A DNA stretch of 64,000 bases from Minisyncoccota bacterium (GCA_905478465.1 CAJQIN010000002.1:88312-152311); one strand, 5' to 3'; positions 9,362 to 19,035 are shown, counted from the stretch's first letter. Numbers and translations: made by a program. The notes: a model not told the origin generated them from the letters alone.

Positions 9362-10846
9362 ATGGACAAAAAACCCACTAATACAGCCTCTTTTGAGGTT
9401 CCTATAGAAGTTTCACGTGTAACGGCACTGCTAAAAAACGCAGGTTTTTCAGGCTATCTTGTTGGCGGATGTGTTCGCGACCTTATTCTACAGAGAGAAC
9501 CTAATGACTGGGATATCACCACAAATGCTACACCAGAGAAGATTCAGGAAATATTTCCTGACTCAGTATATGAAAACACCTTTGGTACAGTAGGGGTAAA
9601 GACTCGTTCTGAGAATCTAAAGGTGTCTATCATTGAAATAACCCCTTACCGAACAGAAAGTACCTACACAGACAACCGTCACCCTGACACTGTCTCATTT
9701 AGTACAAAACTTGAAGATGATTTACTTCGTAGAGACTTCACAATAAATGCGCTCGCATATGATGTGGAGACAGGTGAGATTATCGATCTTTATAACGGAC
9801 AAAAAGATTTAAAGGACAAAATAATTAGAACAGTAGGGGATCCTGACGAAAGATTCACTGAAGATGCGCTACGTCTACTACGTACTATTCGTTTTTCAGC
9901 ACAACTAGGCTTTAGCATCGAAGAATCTACAAAAAAATCACTTATTTCAAACGCCCACCTACTCAAAAACATCTCAGCTGAGAGAATCAGGGATGAATTT
10001 ATTAAAATCGTAGATTCTCCTGACCCAGAACAAGCTCTTAATGTTTCTTGTGAAACTGGAATACTTGAACAATTTATCCCTGAATTACCCCTAATGAAAG
10101 GAATAGATCAGGGTGGAGTTCATAAGTATGACGTATGGGAGCATCTATTAAAAAGTCTCACTCATGCCCAAAAGAAAGGGTATCCGTTACACGTGAAACT
10201 TGCAGCATTGTTCCATGATATAGGAAAACCCAAAACTCGTAGAGCTGGCGCAAAGAAGGCCTGGACCTTCTACGGACACGAGGTGATTGGGGAGAGAATG
10301 ACAAAAAGTATCCTGGAAAGACTAAAGTTTTCACGTGAAACTACAGAAACTGTTACCAAATTAGTTCGCTGGCACATGTTTTTCTCAGATACTGAGGAAA
10401 TTAGCCATACAGCAATACGAAGAATGATTCGAAATGTCGGAAAAGATCTAATCTGGGACTTAATGAATGTTCGAGTGTGTGACCGTATGGGTATGGGAAG
10501 ACCCAAAGAAGAGCCTTATAGACTTAGAAAGTACCATTCTATGATAGAAGAAGTGATGAGTGACCCTGTATCTGTCGGAATGCTCAAGATAGATGGAAAT
10601 ACCCTAATGAGTGAGTTTCATGTGAAACCGGGACCAATTATAGGAAATATACTCCACGCTCTTCTGGAACAGGTTATTGAAGATCCAACCAAAAATACAG
10701 AGGAATACCTCAAAGAACAAATACCCGCTCTTCTAAAACTTTCAGAAGAAGAACTAAAGAAACTTGGTACAGCTGGCAAAGAAACAAAAAACCAAGCAGA
10801 AGAAAAAAAAGTAAAAGGTATTCGCAAGAAACACTGGGTAGAGTAG
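9362..10846 (+). CDS. cca: CCA-adding tRNA nucleotidyltransferase with HD domain
   Basis: VGGCVRD, DWDITT, DLLRRDFTINA, RFTEDALRLLR, FHDIGKP; none of the five tRNAs here encodes CCA. Confidence 0.9.
   Translation: MDKKPTNTASFEVPIEVSRVTALLKNAGFSGYLVGGCVRDLILQREPNDWDITTNATPEKIQEIFPDSVYENTFGTVGVKTRSENLKVSIIEITPYRTESTYTDNRHPDTVSFSTKLEDDLLRRDFTINALAYDVETGEIIDLYNGQKDLKDKIIRTVGDPDERFTEDALRLLRTIRFSAQLGFSIEESTKKSLISNAHLLKNISAERIRDEFIKIVDSPDPEQALNVSCETGILEQFIPELPLMKGIDQGGVHKYDVWEHLLKSLTHAQKKGYPLHVKLAALFHDIGKPKTRRAGAKKAWTFYGHEVIGERMTKSILERLKFSRETTETVTKLVRWHMFFSDTEEISHTAIRRMIRNVGKDLIWDLMNVRVCDRMGMGRPKEEPYRLRKYHSMIEEVMSDPVSVGMLKIDGNTLMSEFHVKPGPIIGNILHALLEQVIEDPTKNTEEYLKEQIPALLKLSEEELKKLGTAGKETKNQAEEKKVKGIRKKHWVE
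9409..10629. promoter_or_regulatory. Five parS-like sites inside the cca CDS (9409-9424, 10042-10057, 10185-10200, 10327-10342, 10614-10629)
   Basis: AGTTTCACGTGTAACG, TGTTTCTTGTGAAACT, CGTTACACGTGAAACT, GTTTTCACGTGAAACT, AGTTTCATGTGAAACC. Confidence 0.8.
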
Positions 10847-10862
10847 TACCTAGCAACTTATA

Positions 10863-10904
10863 ATAAATACCGTACAAACTAAACTTGTACGGTATTTATA
10901 TTTT
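10863..10904 (+). terminator. Terminator hairpin after cca
   Basis: ATAAATACCGTACAA-N7-TTGTACGGTATTTAT followed by ATTTT. Confidence 0.75.
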
Positions 10905-11105
10905 ATAAAGAAAAATTTCCACACATCTCAACCTTTTAAAAGTTATCCACAGATTTGTCCTTTTGTTTTATCCTAAAGGACATTATAATAAATGCCAGAT
11001 ACAGATATTGTCTTTTAGAGATTCCCACTTTATTCTAAAGGACGATGATTATGTTTGTTCTTTGTTTTCTTTTATTGAATTAGCTACTCAATAGAAAATA
11101 TAAAA

Positions 11106-11244
11106 GTATCGGGTTTCTCTGGTTTGAATGTCAAACCACCTAAGTCTCCTGGTGTATATCCACAATATTCCTTCCTCATAACTATTTTTTGATACACACC
11201 TAATAACTTACTCTGCGGTTTGCAGACGAGAGTCCGCCCAATAC
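11106..11244 (-). ncRNA. Candidate structured ncRNA of unknown family
   Basis: Nested stems GTATTGGG/CCCGATAC, TCTC/GAGA, TAAGTT/GACTTA, GGTGTGTATC/GATATACACC, TCTGC/GCAGA, TGGTTTGA/TCAAACCA; G-U pairs favour the minus strand. Confidence 0.45.
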
Positions 11245-11309
11245 ATAGAACAAATCGCCTGACGTACCAAAGAACGTCTAGGCGATTTTTTATTTTCTAA
11301 AAATTATTT

Positions 11310-12080
11310 TTATATCTTAATATCAAGCTCAATAGGGCAGTGGTCTGAACCTAAAACATCTACCAATACTTTCATATCTTTTATCTTTGGCATCAAATCA
11401 GTAGAAGCAAAGAAGTAATCTATTCTCCAACCAACATTCCTGTCTCTTGCCCGTGTTTTCATATCCCAGTAGGTATACACATCTTTTATATCCGGATTTT
11501 TCACACGCCACACATCGGAGTATCCTGAACGAATAACCGCATCTATCCATTCACGTTCTATGGGCAAAAACCCAGTACTCTTCTCATTTGCTTTTGGTCG
11601 AGCAAGATCAACTGCCTCATGGGCAGTATTTACATCTCCACAAAAGACAATACTTTTGCCAGACGCTCGAAGTTCTTCGATATACAAAAGAAAAGCATCA
11701 TAAAAAGCGAGTTTGTATTTCAACCTCTCTGGTCCACCACCACCATTTGGAAAATACCCATTTAACACAACAACATCTCCAAAATGAGCCTCCAGAAGTC
11801 TCCCTTCTCCATTTAAAATATCTGCCTCAAAAACATCTTTTACAATATCTGGTTTCTTTTTTGAATAAATAGCAACACCGCTATAACCCTTTTTCTCAGT
11901 AGGCCAGGTGAGATAGCCATGATATCCCAAAGGATCAGCCACCTCAGGAGGAAGTTGTTCTGTTCGTGACTTAGTCTCTTGTAAACAAAAAACATCTGGA
12001 GAATACTCAATAAGCCAATCCCAGTTTCCTTTCCGATGAATTGCCCTAAGTCCATTTACATTCCAAGAAATAATTTTCAT
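11310..12080 (-). CDS. xth: Exodeoxyribonuclease III / AP endonuclease
   Basis: SWNVNGLRA, CLQETK, GDVNTAH, GWRIDY, SDHCP. Confidence 0.95.
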   Translation of the reverse strand: MKIISWNVNGLRAIHRKGNWDWLIEYSPDVFCLQETKSRTEQLPPEVADPLGYHGYLTWPTEKKGYSGVAIYSKKKPDIVKDVFEADILNGEGRLLEAHFGDVVVLNGYFPNGGGGPERLKYKLAFYDAFLLYIEELRASGKSIVFCGDVNTAHEAVDLARPKANEKSTGFLPIEREWIDAVIRSGYSDVWRVKNPDIKDVYTYWDMKTRARDRNVGWRIDYFFASTDLMPKIKDMKVLVDVLGSDHCPIELDIKI

Positions 12081-12167
12081 ATAAGATGATAATAGCACAC
12101 AGTATATTCTGACAACAAAAAATCCCGCATATGCGGGATTTTTTGTAACATAATTTTTAAACTAAAA

Positions 12168-12434
12168 TTACATTGACATATCACTACCTCCCATAGGAGC
12201 TTCCTTTGGAGCCTCACATGACTTACATGTCTTACATCCCATAAGTGACATCACTGCTGAGATACCAACAAGGACATAGACAATATTTGCAAGTACTGAC
12301 CAATTTCCTAGGATAAGATTAATAAGATCCCAATTTTGTCCCATAAAACCTCCAATACCAACAAGTCCCCAGTTAAGACCTCCAATAAGAAGAAGGGCTC
12401 CTGCGATCTTGTGTGTTGTATTACATTTTTTCAT
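12168..12434 (-). CDS. DUF378-family small membrane protein
   Basis: LLLIGGLNWGLVG...IVYVLVGISA. Confidence 0.85.
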   Translation of the reverse strand: MKKCNTTHKIAGALLLIGGLNWGLVGIGGFMGQNWDLINLILGNWSVLANIVYVLVGISAVMSLMGCKTCKSCEAPKEAPMGGSDMSM

Positions 12435-12621
12435 AAAATAAATAACTAAAAAATACTAATAATATATAAGTGGATGTTTTTCACACCACACTCCCACTGA
12501 ATATAAGTATACACTGAATCTTATTAAAATGATGCAAGTATGTTGACAACTCTATGATAAAAAGCAAAAATGAAATTAGAATCGTATACAAAAGAAACTC
12601 ATCCTAAGGAAGGAGAAAAAG

Positions 12622-12846
12622 ATGCCTAATAAAATATGGCCAGGTGGTTTTAGAACAGGTGATTTAGCTGTTTATGGTGACAGCGCGGTCATGATTAAAG
12701 GAAAAATTCCCACAGGAATACCTTCTGATGACTCTAGTGTTCCTATTTCTGAGGCATCAAGCCCTCCGGGTGATGTAATTGTTGTTTCATCAAAAGAACT
12801 CAGCAGATGGACTCCTACTGACTCCAATACAACAATGCTTTCCTAA
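12622..12846 (+). CDS. Small hypothetical protein
   Basis: TTGACA promoter (~12543), AAGGAAGGAG SD, downstream hairpin. Confidence 0.55.
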   Translation: MPNKIWPGGFRTGDLAVYGDSAVMIKGKIPTGIPSDDSSVPISEASSPPGDVIVVSSKELSRWTPTDSNTTMLS

Positions 12847-12967
12847 AAATACCCCACAAATCCCTAGAATACATAAGTGTTTTAGGGATTTTATATATCC
12901 AAATATGAAAAACTCTACTTGGTTACCCACACTTGCATTTTCTCTCTAATATGCTACTCTTTGATCC

Positions 12968-13234
12968 ATGTTGGCAAAAACAAAAAAGGAAAAAGTTATC
13001 AAAGAAACTCGTACACACGATGAGGACACTGGTTCTCCTGAGGTACAAGTTGCCCTTTTAAGTAACCGAATCGACGAGCTTGCGAAGCATTTGAAAAAAA
13101 ACAAGAAAGATACCCATTCGCGTCGAGGACTTCTTGGTATGGTTGCAGAGAGACGAACACATCTTGCATACCTTGCAAAGAAAGATGAGAAAAGATACAA
13201 ATCTTTGATCAAAAAACTTAATCTCAAAAAATAA
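12968..13234 (+). CDS. rpsO: 30S ribosomal protein S15
   Basis: [22 protein letters not shown]. Confidence 0.98.
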   Translation: MLAKTKKEKVIKETRTHDEDTGSPEVQVALLSNRIDELAKHLKKNKKDTHSRRGLLGMVAERRTHLAYLAKKDEKRYKSLIKKLNLKK

Positions 13235-13359
13235 CACAAATCCGCTATATTGCGGATTTGTTTTTAATACAATTTATCCTTTCGCCAACGTTTTTATTAC
13301 ATTACGTTTCTGCTTTTTATTTTTTTACACAAAGTAGTAACGTCTAAATACTCATTTTT

Positions 13360-13908
13360 ATGCCTATAATAAAGCATGCAAACCAACGAGTTGGCGTTTT
13401 CATTGATAGTGCCAACCTATATCACAGTGCCAAAAACTTATATCGACGAAAGGTAAACTTCGGAAACATCGTTAAAGATGGTGTCGGAGACAGAAAGCTC
13501 ATCCGCGCATTTTCATACGCCATCACTACAGAAGGTGGTGGGGAAGCTGACTTCTTCGAAGCCCTTGAAAAACAAGGAATAGAAACAAGAAGTAAAGATT
13601 TACAAATTTTTGCTGGTGGATCAAAAAAAGGAGACTGGGATGTCGGCATTAGTGTCGATGCTATCCGACTCTCACCAAAACTTGATACTATTATTCTTGT
13701 TTCTGGAGACGGAGACTTCGTACCCCTTATTGAATATCTTCAGTTACATGCAGGATGCCAAGTCGAGGTGATGACTTTTGGAAAATCTGCATCTGCAAAA
13801 TTGATTGAATCAGCTGATGAATTCTTCGACCTAGACAAGAATCCTCGAAAGTATCTTCTCGGAGGTCCTGCTCGGAAACAAACCACAAGAAAAGTTCCAA
13901 AGAAATAG
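13360..13908 (+). CDS. NYN-domain (LabA/DUF88) PIN-like nuclease
   Basis: VFIDSANLY, KGDWDVGI, SGDGDF. Confidence 0.9.
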   Translation: MPIIKHANQRVGVFIDSANLYHSAKNLYRRKVNFGNIVKDGVGDRKLIRAFSYAITTEGGGEADFFEALEKQGIETRSKDLQIFAGGSKKGDWDVGISVDAIRLSPKLDTIILVSGDGDFVPLIEYLQLHAGCQVEVMTFGKSASAKLIESADEFFDLDKNPRKYLLGGPARKQTTRKVPKK

Positions 13909-14059
13909 ACTTTTATTACAGTTAAAAAACCACCCAACATATCGGGTGGTTTTTTCATTTCCCCCTCCGCTATGATAAAGTACACATATTATAGGTAACC
14001 GAGGTCTCCAGATAAGCAGGTCATTTTGATCTGAAATCTGTAGATCTCCTAATAAAAAT

Positions 14060-16177
14060 ATGAAATCAAAAGTATTCAAAACAACAATTGGCGGAAAAGA
14101 ACTTTCTGCTGAGTTTTCTGATTTGGTTGACCAAGCGAATGGTTCAGTAATAGTTCGCCTTGGAGACACCGCCATCCTCGCAACCGCTGTAATGTCTAAA
14201 CACGCAAATGAAGGAGCCGGTTGGTTTCCATTAACTGTAGACTATGAAGAACGTTTCTATGCAGCTGGCGCCATTCTTGGTTCTCGATTCATGCGACGAG
14301 AGGGAAGACCATCTGAAGAAGCGACACTCTCTGGACGTATTGTTGACCGAACTATTCGACCACTATTTGATCAATGGATTCGAAATGAAATACAGGTTGT
14401 CATCACAGTTCTTTCTCTTGGAGAAGACGACCCAGATACACTCAGCGTCATCGGAGCAAGTCTTGCACTTGCAACATCTGACATTCCTTGGGACGGACCA
14501 GTTGGTGCTGTACGTATTGGAAAAAATAGTGGAGACAAACTTGTAATTAATCCAAATTATGAATTCCGAAAAGATGCTGTTAATTCATTAGACCTACTTG
14601 TCTGCGGAAAAGGTGGCAAGATAAACATGATTGAAGTCGGAGCACAAGAAGTAGGGGAAGATGTTGTAGAAAAAGGACTCGCTCAAGCACTTGAAATAAT
14701 TACCTCACTTGAAAACTGGCAGAAGGAAATAGTATCCGAGATTGGAAAAGAAAAAAAGAGTTTTCCAAAACCTGAAATATCAGACGAAGCCAAAAAACTT
14801 TTTGCAGATGAGATTACCCCAAAGATGAATGAGTACGTATTCGCGGGACCTGGAAAAGAAAGTATCGGAAAAATTCATACTATGTGGCGAGATATTGTAA
14901 AAGAAAAATTTCCTGAAGAAAGAAAAGATTTAACTGATGAATATTTTGAAGAAGAAATGAATAATCTTCTACATAAAGAAGCTCTCGAGAATAATCGTCG
15001 ACCTGACGGACGAGGAATGGACGAAGTTCGCCCACTCTTTGCCAAAGCAGGAGGAATTTCTAAGCTGCTTCACGGAACCGGTACTTTCTATCGAGGAGGT
15101 ACCCATGTTCTTTCAGCGCTCACGCTTGGGGGTCCTGGAGATTCTCAGATACTTGATTCTATTGAAGAGAGAGACACCCAAAAGCGTTTCATTCACCACT
15201 ATAACTTTCCTCCATATTCAGTTGGTGAAACGGGCCGAATGGGAGGTGCGAACCGTCGAATGATCGGACACGGGGCTCTTGCTGAAAAAGCGCTCTTGGC
15301 TGTGATTCCAGACAAGGAAGCTTTCCCATATACTATTCGAATTGTTTCCGAAGCTTTAGCTTCCAACGGATCTACATCTATGGCTTCTGTCTGTGGAGGA
15401 ACTCTGGCACTGATGGACGCCGGTGTTCCCATCAAAGCACCTGTTGCCGGAATTGCATCAGGACTCATGCTCGATGGAGACAATTACAAAGTATTAACAG
15501 ATATTCAAGGACCGGAAGACCATCACGGAGATATGGACTTCAAAGTTGCTGGAACACGAGAGGGAATTACTGCTATTCAAATGGATGTAAAGGTACTCGG
15601 TGTTTCTTTACCTATACTGACCGAAGCTCTTCAAAAAGCCAAAGCTGCACGTTTCCAGATTTTAGATGTTATTGAAAAAGAAATAACTACACCAAGAGAA
15701 AATATTTCTATATACGCACCTGAGATACGTGTCACAAAAATAAATCCTGAAAAAATCGGACTTGTCATTGGAGGAGGAGGGAAAACTGTTAATGAAATCA
15801 AAGATAAGACAGAAACTGAAATTGACATTGAAGATGATGGAACAGTCTTTGTTACTGGAAAAAATGGTGGCGCAGAAAAAGCTATTGAAATTATTCTAGC
15901 CCTCACAAAAGACTGGAAAGCCGGGGAAGAAGCCGAGGGAACAGTAGTAAAAGTTGTAGAATTTGGAGCTTTTGTAAGTATCGGACAAAAAGAAGGACTG
16001 GTTCATGTTTCAGAAATTGCACCCTTCCGTGTAGAGAAAGTTTCTGACTTCCTGAAAGAAGGGGACAAGGTTCCTGTTGTGGTGAAAATGATTGATGATG
16101 CCGGACGTTTAAAACTCTCGATTAAAGACCGAAATCCTGAATTATTTAAGGATAAAGCGCCAAAGAAGCCTGAATAA
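14060..16177 (+). CDS. pnp: Polyribonucleotide nucleotidyltransferase
   Basis: FPLTVDYEE, RREGRP, SNGSTSMASVC, GDMDFKVAG, KH and S1 domains. Confidence 0.98.
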   Translation: MKSKVFKTTIGGKELSAEFSDLVDQANGSVIVRLGDTAILATAVMSKHANEGAGWFPLTVDYEERFYAAGAILGSRFMRREGRPSEEATLSGRIVDRTIRPLFDQWIRNEIQVVITVLSLGEDDPDTLSVIGASLALATSDIPWDGPVGAVRIGKNSGDKLVINPNYEFRKDAVNSLDLLVCGKGGKINMIEVGAQEVGEDVVEKGLAQALEIITSLENWQKEIVSEIGKEKKSFPKPEISDEAKKLFADEITPKMNEYVFAGPGKESIGKIHTMWRDIVKEKFPEERKDLTDEYFEEEMNNLLHKEALENNRRPDGRGMDEVRPLFAKAGGISKLLHGTGTFYRGGTHVLSALTLGGPGDSQILDSIEERDTQKRFIHHYNFPPYSVGETGRMGGANRRMIGHGALAEKALLAVIPDKEAFPYTIRIVSEALASNGSTSMASVCGGTLALMDAGVPIKAPVAGIASGLMLDGDNYKVLTDIQGPEDHHGDMDFKVAGTREGITAIQMDVKVLGVSLPILTEALQKAKAARFQILDVIEKEITTPRENISIYAPEIRVTKINPEKIGLVIGGGGKTVNEIKDKTETEIDIEDDGTVFVTGKNGGAEKAIEIILALTKDWKAGEEAEGTVVKVVEFGAFVSIGQKEGLVHVSEIAPFRVEKVSDFLKEGDKVPVVVKMIDDAGRLKLSIKDRNPELFKDKAPKKPE

Positions 16178-16278
16178 ATACAAAAATTAGAACTAGATCC
16201 ATACCAACTCCCGAAGGGAGCTGGTATTGACTTCTTACCAAAGACATGTATACTATTTTACAGAAAGAGAGGTGTTTT

Positions 16279-16518
16279 ATGCCTATTAGTACCAAACTGA
16301 CAACCATGCAGTGGGAGAACTTGAAGGAAGAGTTACGAAAGGAAGAAATTACTACTGACGAAGATCCGCTAACCCGATGTCTCTTTGGGCAAAAACCCAA
16401 AGACTGGAAAGACCTTCCTGCGGCACCCAAAGAACCAACTGAGTGCAAACGCGCCCCCATGTTGGACCGCTTCGCCCCACCTTCTTTGAAAGGCGTCAAA
16501 GCACGAAGTCGTGCTTAA
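16279..16518 (+). CDS. Small hypothetical protein
   Basis: TTGACT...TATACT promoter, GAGGTG SD, own terminator (~16544-16570). Confidence 0.55.
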   Translation: MPISTKLTTMQWENLKEELRKEEITTDEDPLTRCLFGQKPKDWKDLPAAPKEPTECKRAPMLDRFAPPSLKGVKARSRA

Positions 16519-16637
16519 ACAAACCGTCACAGAAAGAAGACGAAAACCGTCTCCCTCTGAGACGGTTTTTCTATTTCTAAAAAATAATTAATATTACATT
16601 CTATATTCTTGAATATTCAGATGCTATACTATATGTA

Positions 16638-17513
16638 ATGAATGAAGAACAAAACACACCTCCTGTTCCTCCCGCACAAAAAGAAACTAAAAAATACATT
16701 GATAGTATTCGCCCTATTCGAACATACCACGACGATGTCGCCCAAGCAGTCGAAAAGCAACAGGAATCTCTTATTAGTATCAAAATAAAAGAACAACAAA
16801 AACAATCTGAACTAGGAACATCCCTTCCGGAAAGAAAGAAATCTAGAACAGGTATGCTATTTACAGCACTATTTCTTTTATTCCTGGGAGTTATTGTTAT
16901 TGGAGCTCTCTGGTGGAAATCTCAACCAAGAATAGAGCCAACAAAAATTATTGAAACCCTAATAATCACAGACAGCGAACTTTCTCGAGACTTCGGAACA
17001 CTAAACAAGGAAGACCTATTTTCTTTTGTGAGCCAATCTACCCTTGAAACACATCCGGAAGGGCACATTACACACCTTCAATTCACAGGAACAACCGATC
17101 GTAGTACATCTGGAGAATTTTTCTCTATTCTAAATACAAGTATGCCCTCAGCACTCCTGCGAACAATGAGTGGGGATATGCTACTTGGAACCATCTCTAT
17201 ACAAACTGAAAACATTCCATTCCTACTTATTGAAGTAGATTCTTTTGAAAATGCTTTTGCAGGCCTTCTTAAATGGGAACCTGCTATGGCCGAAGATTTC
17301 CAAGGTATTTTCACTGACAAACTAACATCAGTCCAAACAGATTTTATTGACAAAGTATCAAATAATAAAGATCTCCGCATCCTTCGTACCACAGACAATA
17401 TAGATGCCCTGGTCTACACATTCCTTGATACAAGGACTATTCTAATAACAACATCCGAAAAAGCTGTCCAAAAAATTCTTCCTGTATTTATCTCCTCAAA
17501 ACAGATTAGATAA
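16638..17513 (+). CDS. Single-pass membrane hypothetical protein
   Basis: 291-aa ORF, IRTYHDD N-terminal motif, one TM segment. Confidence 0.75.
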   Translation: MNEEQNTPPVPPAQKETKKYIDSIRPIRTYHDDVAQAVEKQQESLISIKIKEQQKQSELGTSLPERKKSRTGMLFTALFLLFLGVIVIGALWWKSQPRIEPTKIIETLIITDSELSRDFGTLNKEDLFSFVSQSTLETHPEGHITHLQFTGTTDRSTSGEFFSILNTSMPSALLRTMSGDMLLGTISIQTENIPFLLIEVDSFENAFAGLLKWEPAMAEDFQGIFTDKLTSVQTDFIDKVSNNKDLRILRTTDNIDALVYTFLDTRTILITTSEKAVQKILPVFISSKQIR

Positions 17514-17579
17514 TACGACAAAAAACTTGTGGTATAATATATATATTAAAAATCATTAAAGACTCGTCAACACAGAAAA

Positions 17580-17948
17580 ATGGACAAACAAAATATTGAA
17601 TCCCTAAAAGCCCGAATCGAACAAGAACTTGTAGAAGTAATAGAAGAACTCAAGCATGTTGGACGTGTAAATCCAGATAATCCACTTGATTGGGAACCAC
17701 TTCCTGATGATGTAAGCTCTGAAGAGAGAACAGATCCTAATGAAATTGCAGACAAAATTGAAGGATTTGAAACAAATACTGCGGTTCTAAAACAACTTGA
17801 AATTCGTTTCAATGAATTAAAAGATGCTCTTACACGTATTGAAAAAGAAACATATGGTATATGTGAGATATCTGGAGAACCCATCGAAGATGATCGACTG
17901 GATGCAAACCCTGCAGCTCGTACTTGCAAAGCACACATGAATGATTAA
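17580..17948 (+). CDS. TraR/DksA-family protein
   Basis: Coiled coil then ALTRIEKETYGICEISGEPI..RL.ANPAARTCKAH. Confidence 0.88.
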   Translation: MDKQNIESLKARIEQELVEVIEELKHVGRVNPDNPLDWEPLPDDVSSEERTDPNEIADKIEGFETNTAVLKQLEIRFNELKDALTRIEKETYGICEISGEPIEDDRLDANPAARTCKAHMND

Positions 17949-18075
17949 ATTGATCTAGTTATACTTTAAAAAATAAAAACACCCGATAATATCGGGTGTT
18001 TTTATTGAGACATTATCTAGATTCCTTCCCCTATACCACACAAATGACATAGGTGAGACAATCTACATATTATCT

Positions 18076-19035
18076 TTAATATGCAAATGGATTTGTTGCT
18101 CCTCGAACCTCGAAGTGAAGATGTGGACCTGTTGTCTTTCCAGTAAGACCAATAAACCCAACAAGATCTCCTTGTTCTACATACTGTCCAACATACACAC
18201 TATTTGTACTCATATGAGAATACAAAGTTTGTGTACCATTTCCATGTTTGATAACAACATAGTTTCCATATCCTCCATTCCAACCACCTGCTTTACTCAC
18301 AATAACTTCACCACTTGCTGAAGCGTGAATAGAAGTTCCCACGGGCGCACCGAAGTCTGCAGCATTATGCCCATGGAGTTTCTGGGTAATAACTGATCCT
18401 GGCAGGGGATTTGCAAAGTATCCATTTACAACTGGAACTTTCGTATATGAAGATCCACCTGAAGAAGGAACTGAAACAGGTGCACTATGCACCTCTCCAT
18501 TTGGAATCACTACCACATCACCAACAGCAAGAAGTGCCCCCTCAGAGAGCTCATTAAACCGAAGTATCTCATCAATATCTCCCTCATACTTTGTAGCAAT
18601 AGATTTCACTGTTTCTCCCTTTACCACAGTGTGACGAACACCGTTTATAGGCAGAATAACTAGACGTTGTCCTGGAGAGATAACGTCTTTGGTATTTATA
18701 TCATTACCCCAACGAATAGTGTTTGTAGAAACACGAAACATCTCAGCAATTTGAGAAATAGTGTCTCCTTCTTGCACAACGTAAGTACTAATCTTGTCAG
18801 AATTAAACTGCACAGGAGTAATATCAGCAGTACCACCTGAACCAACTTCTGGATACAGAGCAGAATCATCCACAATAACAATCTCGGATCCTCCAACTCC
18901 TGCATTAGCATTTGGATTTGCAGTTGCCTCTAAGATCGGCAATGTCTGACTATTATATATTTCAGCAACCATTGTCTCTGGAGGTGTACTAAAAAGACCC
19001 GTCACCGAGCCAAAAAAACCAGAAAAAAGTACCAC
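18076..19035 (-). CDS. LysM x2 plus M23 metallopeptidase (peptidoglycan hydrolase); start uncertain
   Basis: YVVQEGDTISQIA, HTVVKGET, HNAAD, LYSH, TGPHLHFEV. Confidence 0.9.
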   Translation of the reverse strand: MVLFSGFFGSVTGLFSTPPETMVAEIYNSQTLPILEATANPNANAGVGGSEIVIVDDSALYPEVGSGGTADITPVQFNSDKISTYVVQEGDTISQIAEMFRVSTNTIRWGNDINTKDVISPGQRLVILPINGVRHTVVKGETVKSIATKYEGDIDEILRFNELSEGALLAVGDVVVIPNGEVHSAPVSVPSSGGSSYTKVPVVNGYFANPLPGSVITQKLHGHNAADFGAPVGTSIHASASGEVIVSKAGGWNGGYGNYVVIKHGNGTQTLYSHMSTNSVYVGQYVEQGDLVGFIGLTGKTTGPHLHFEVRGATNPFAY

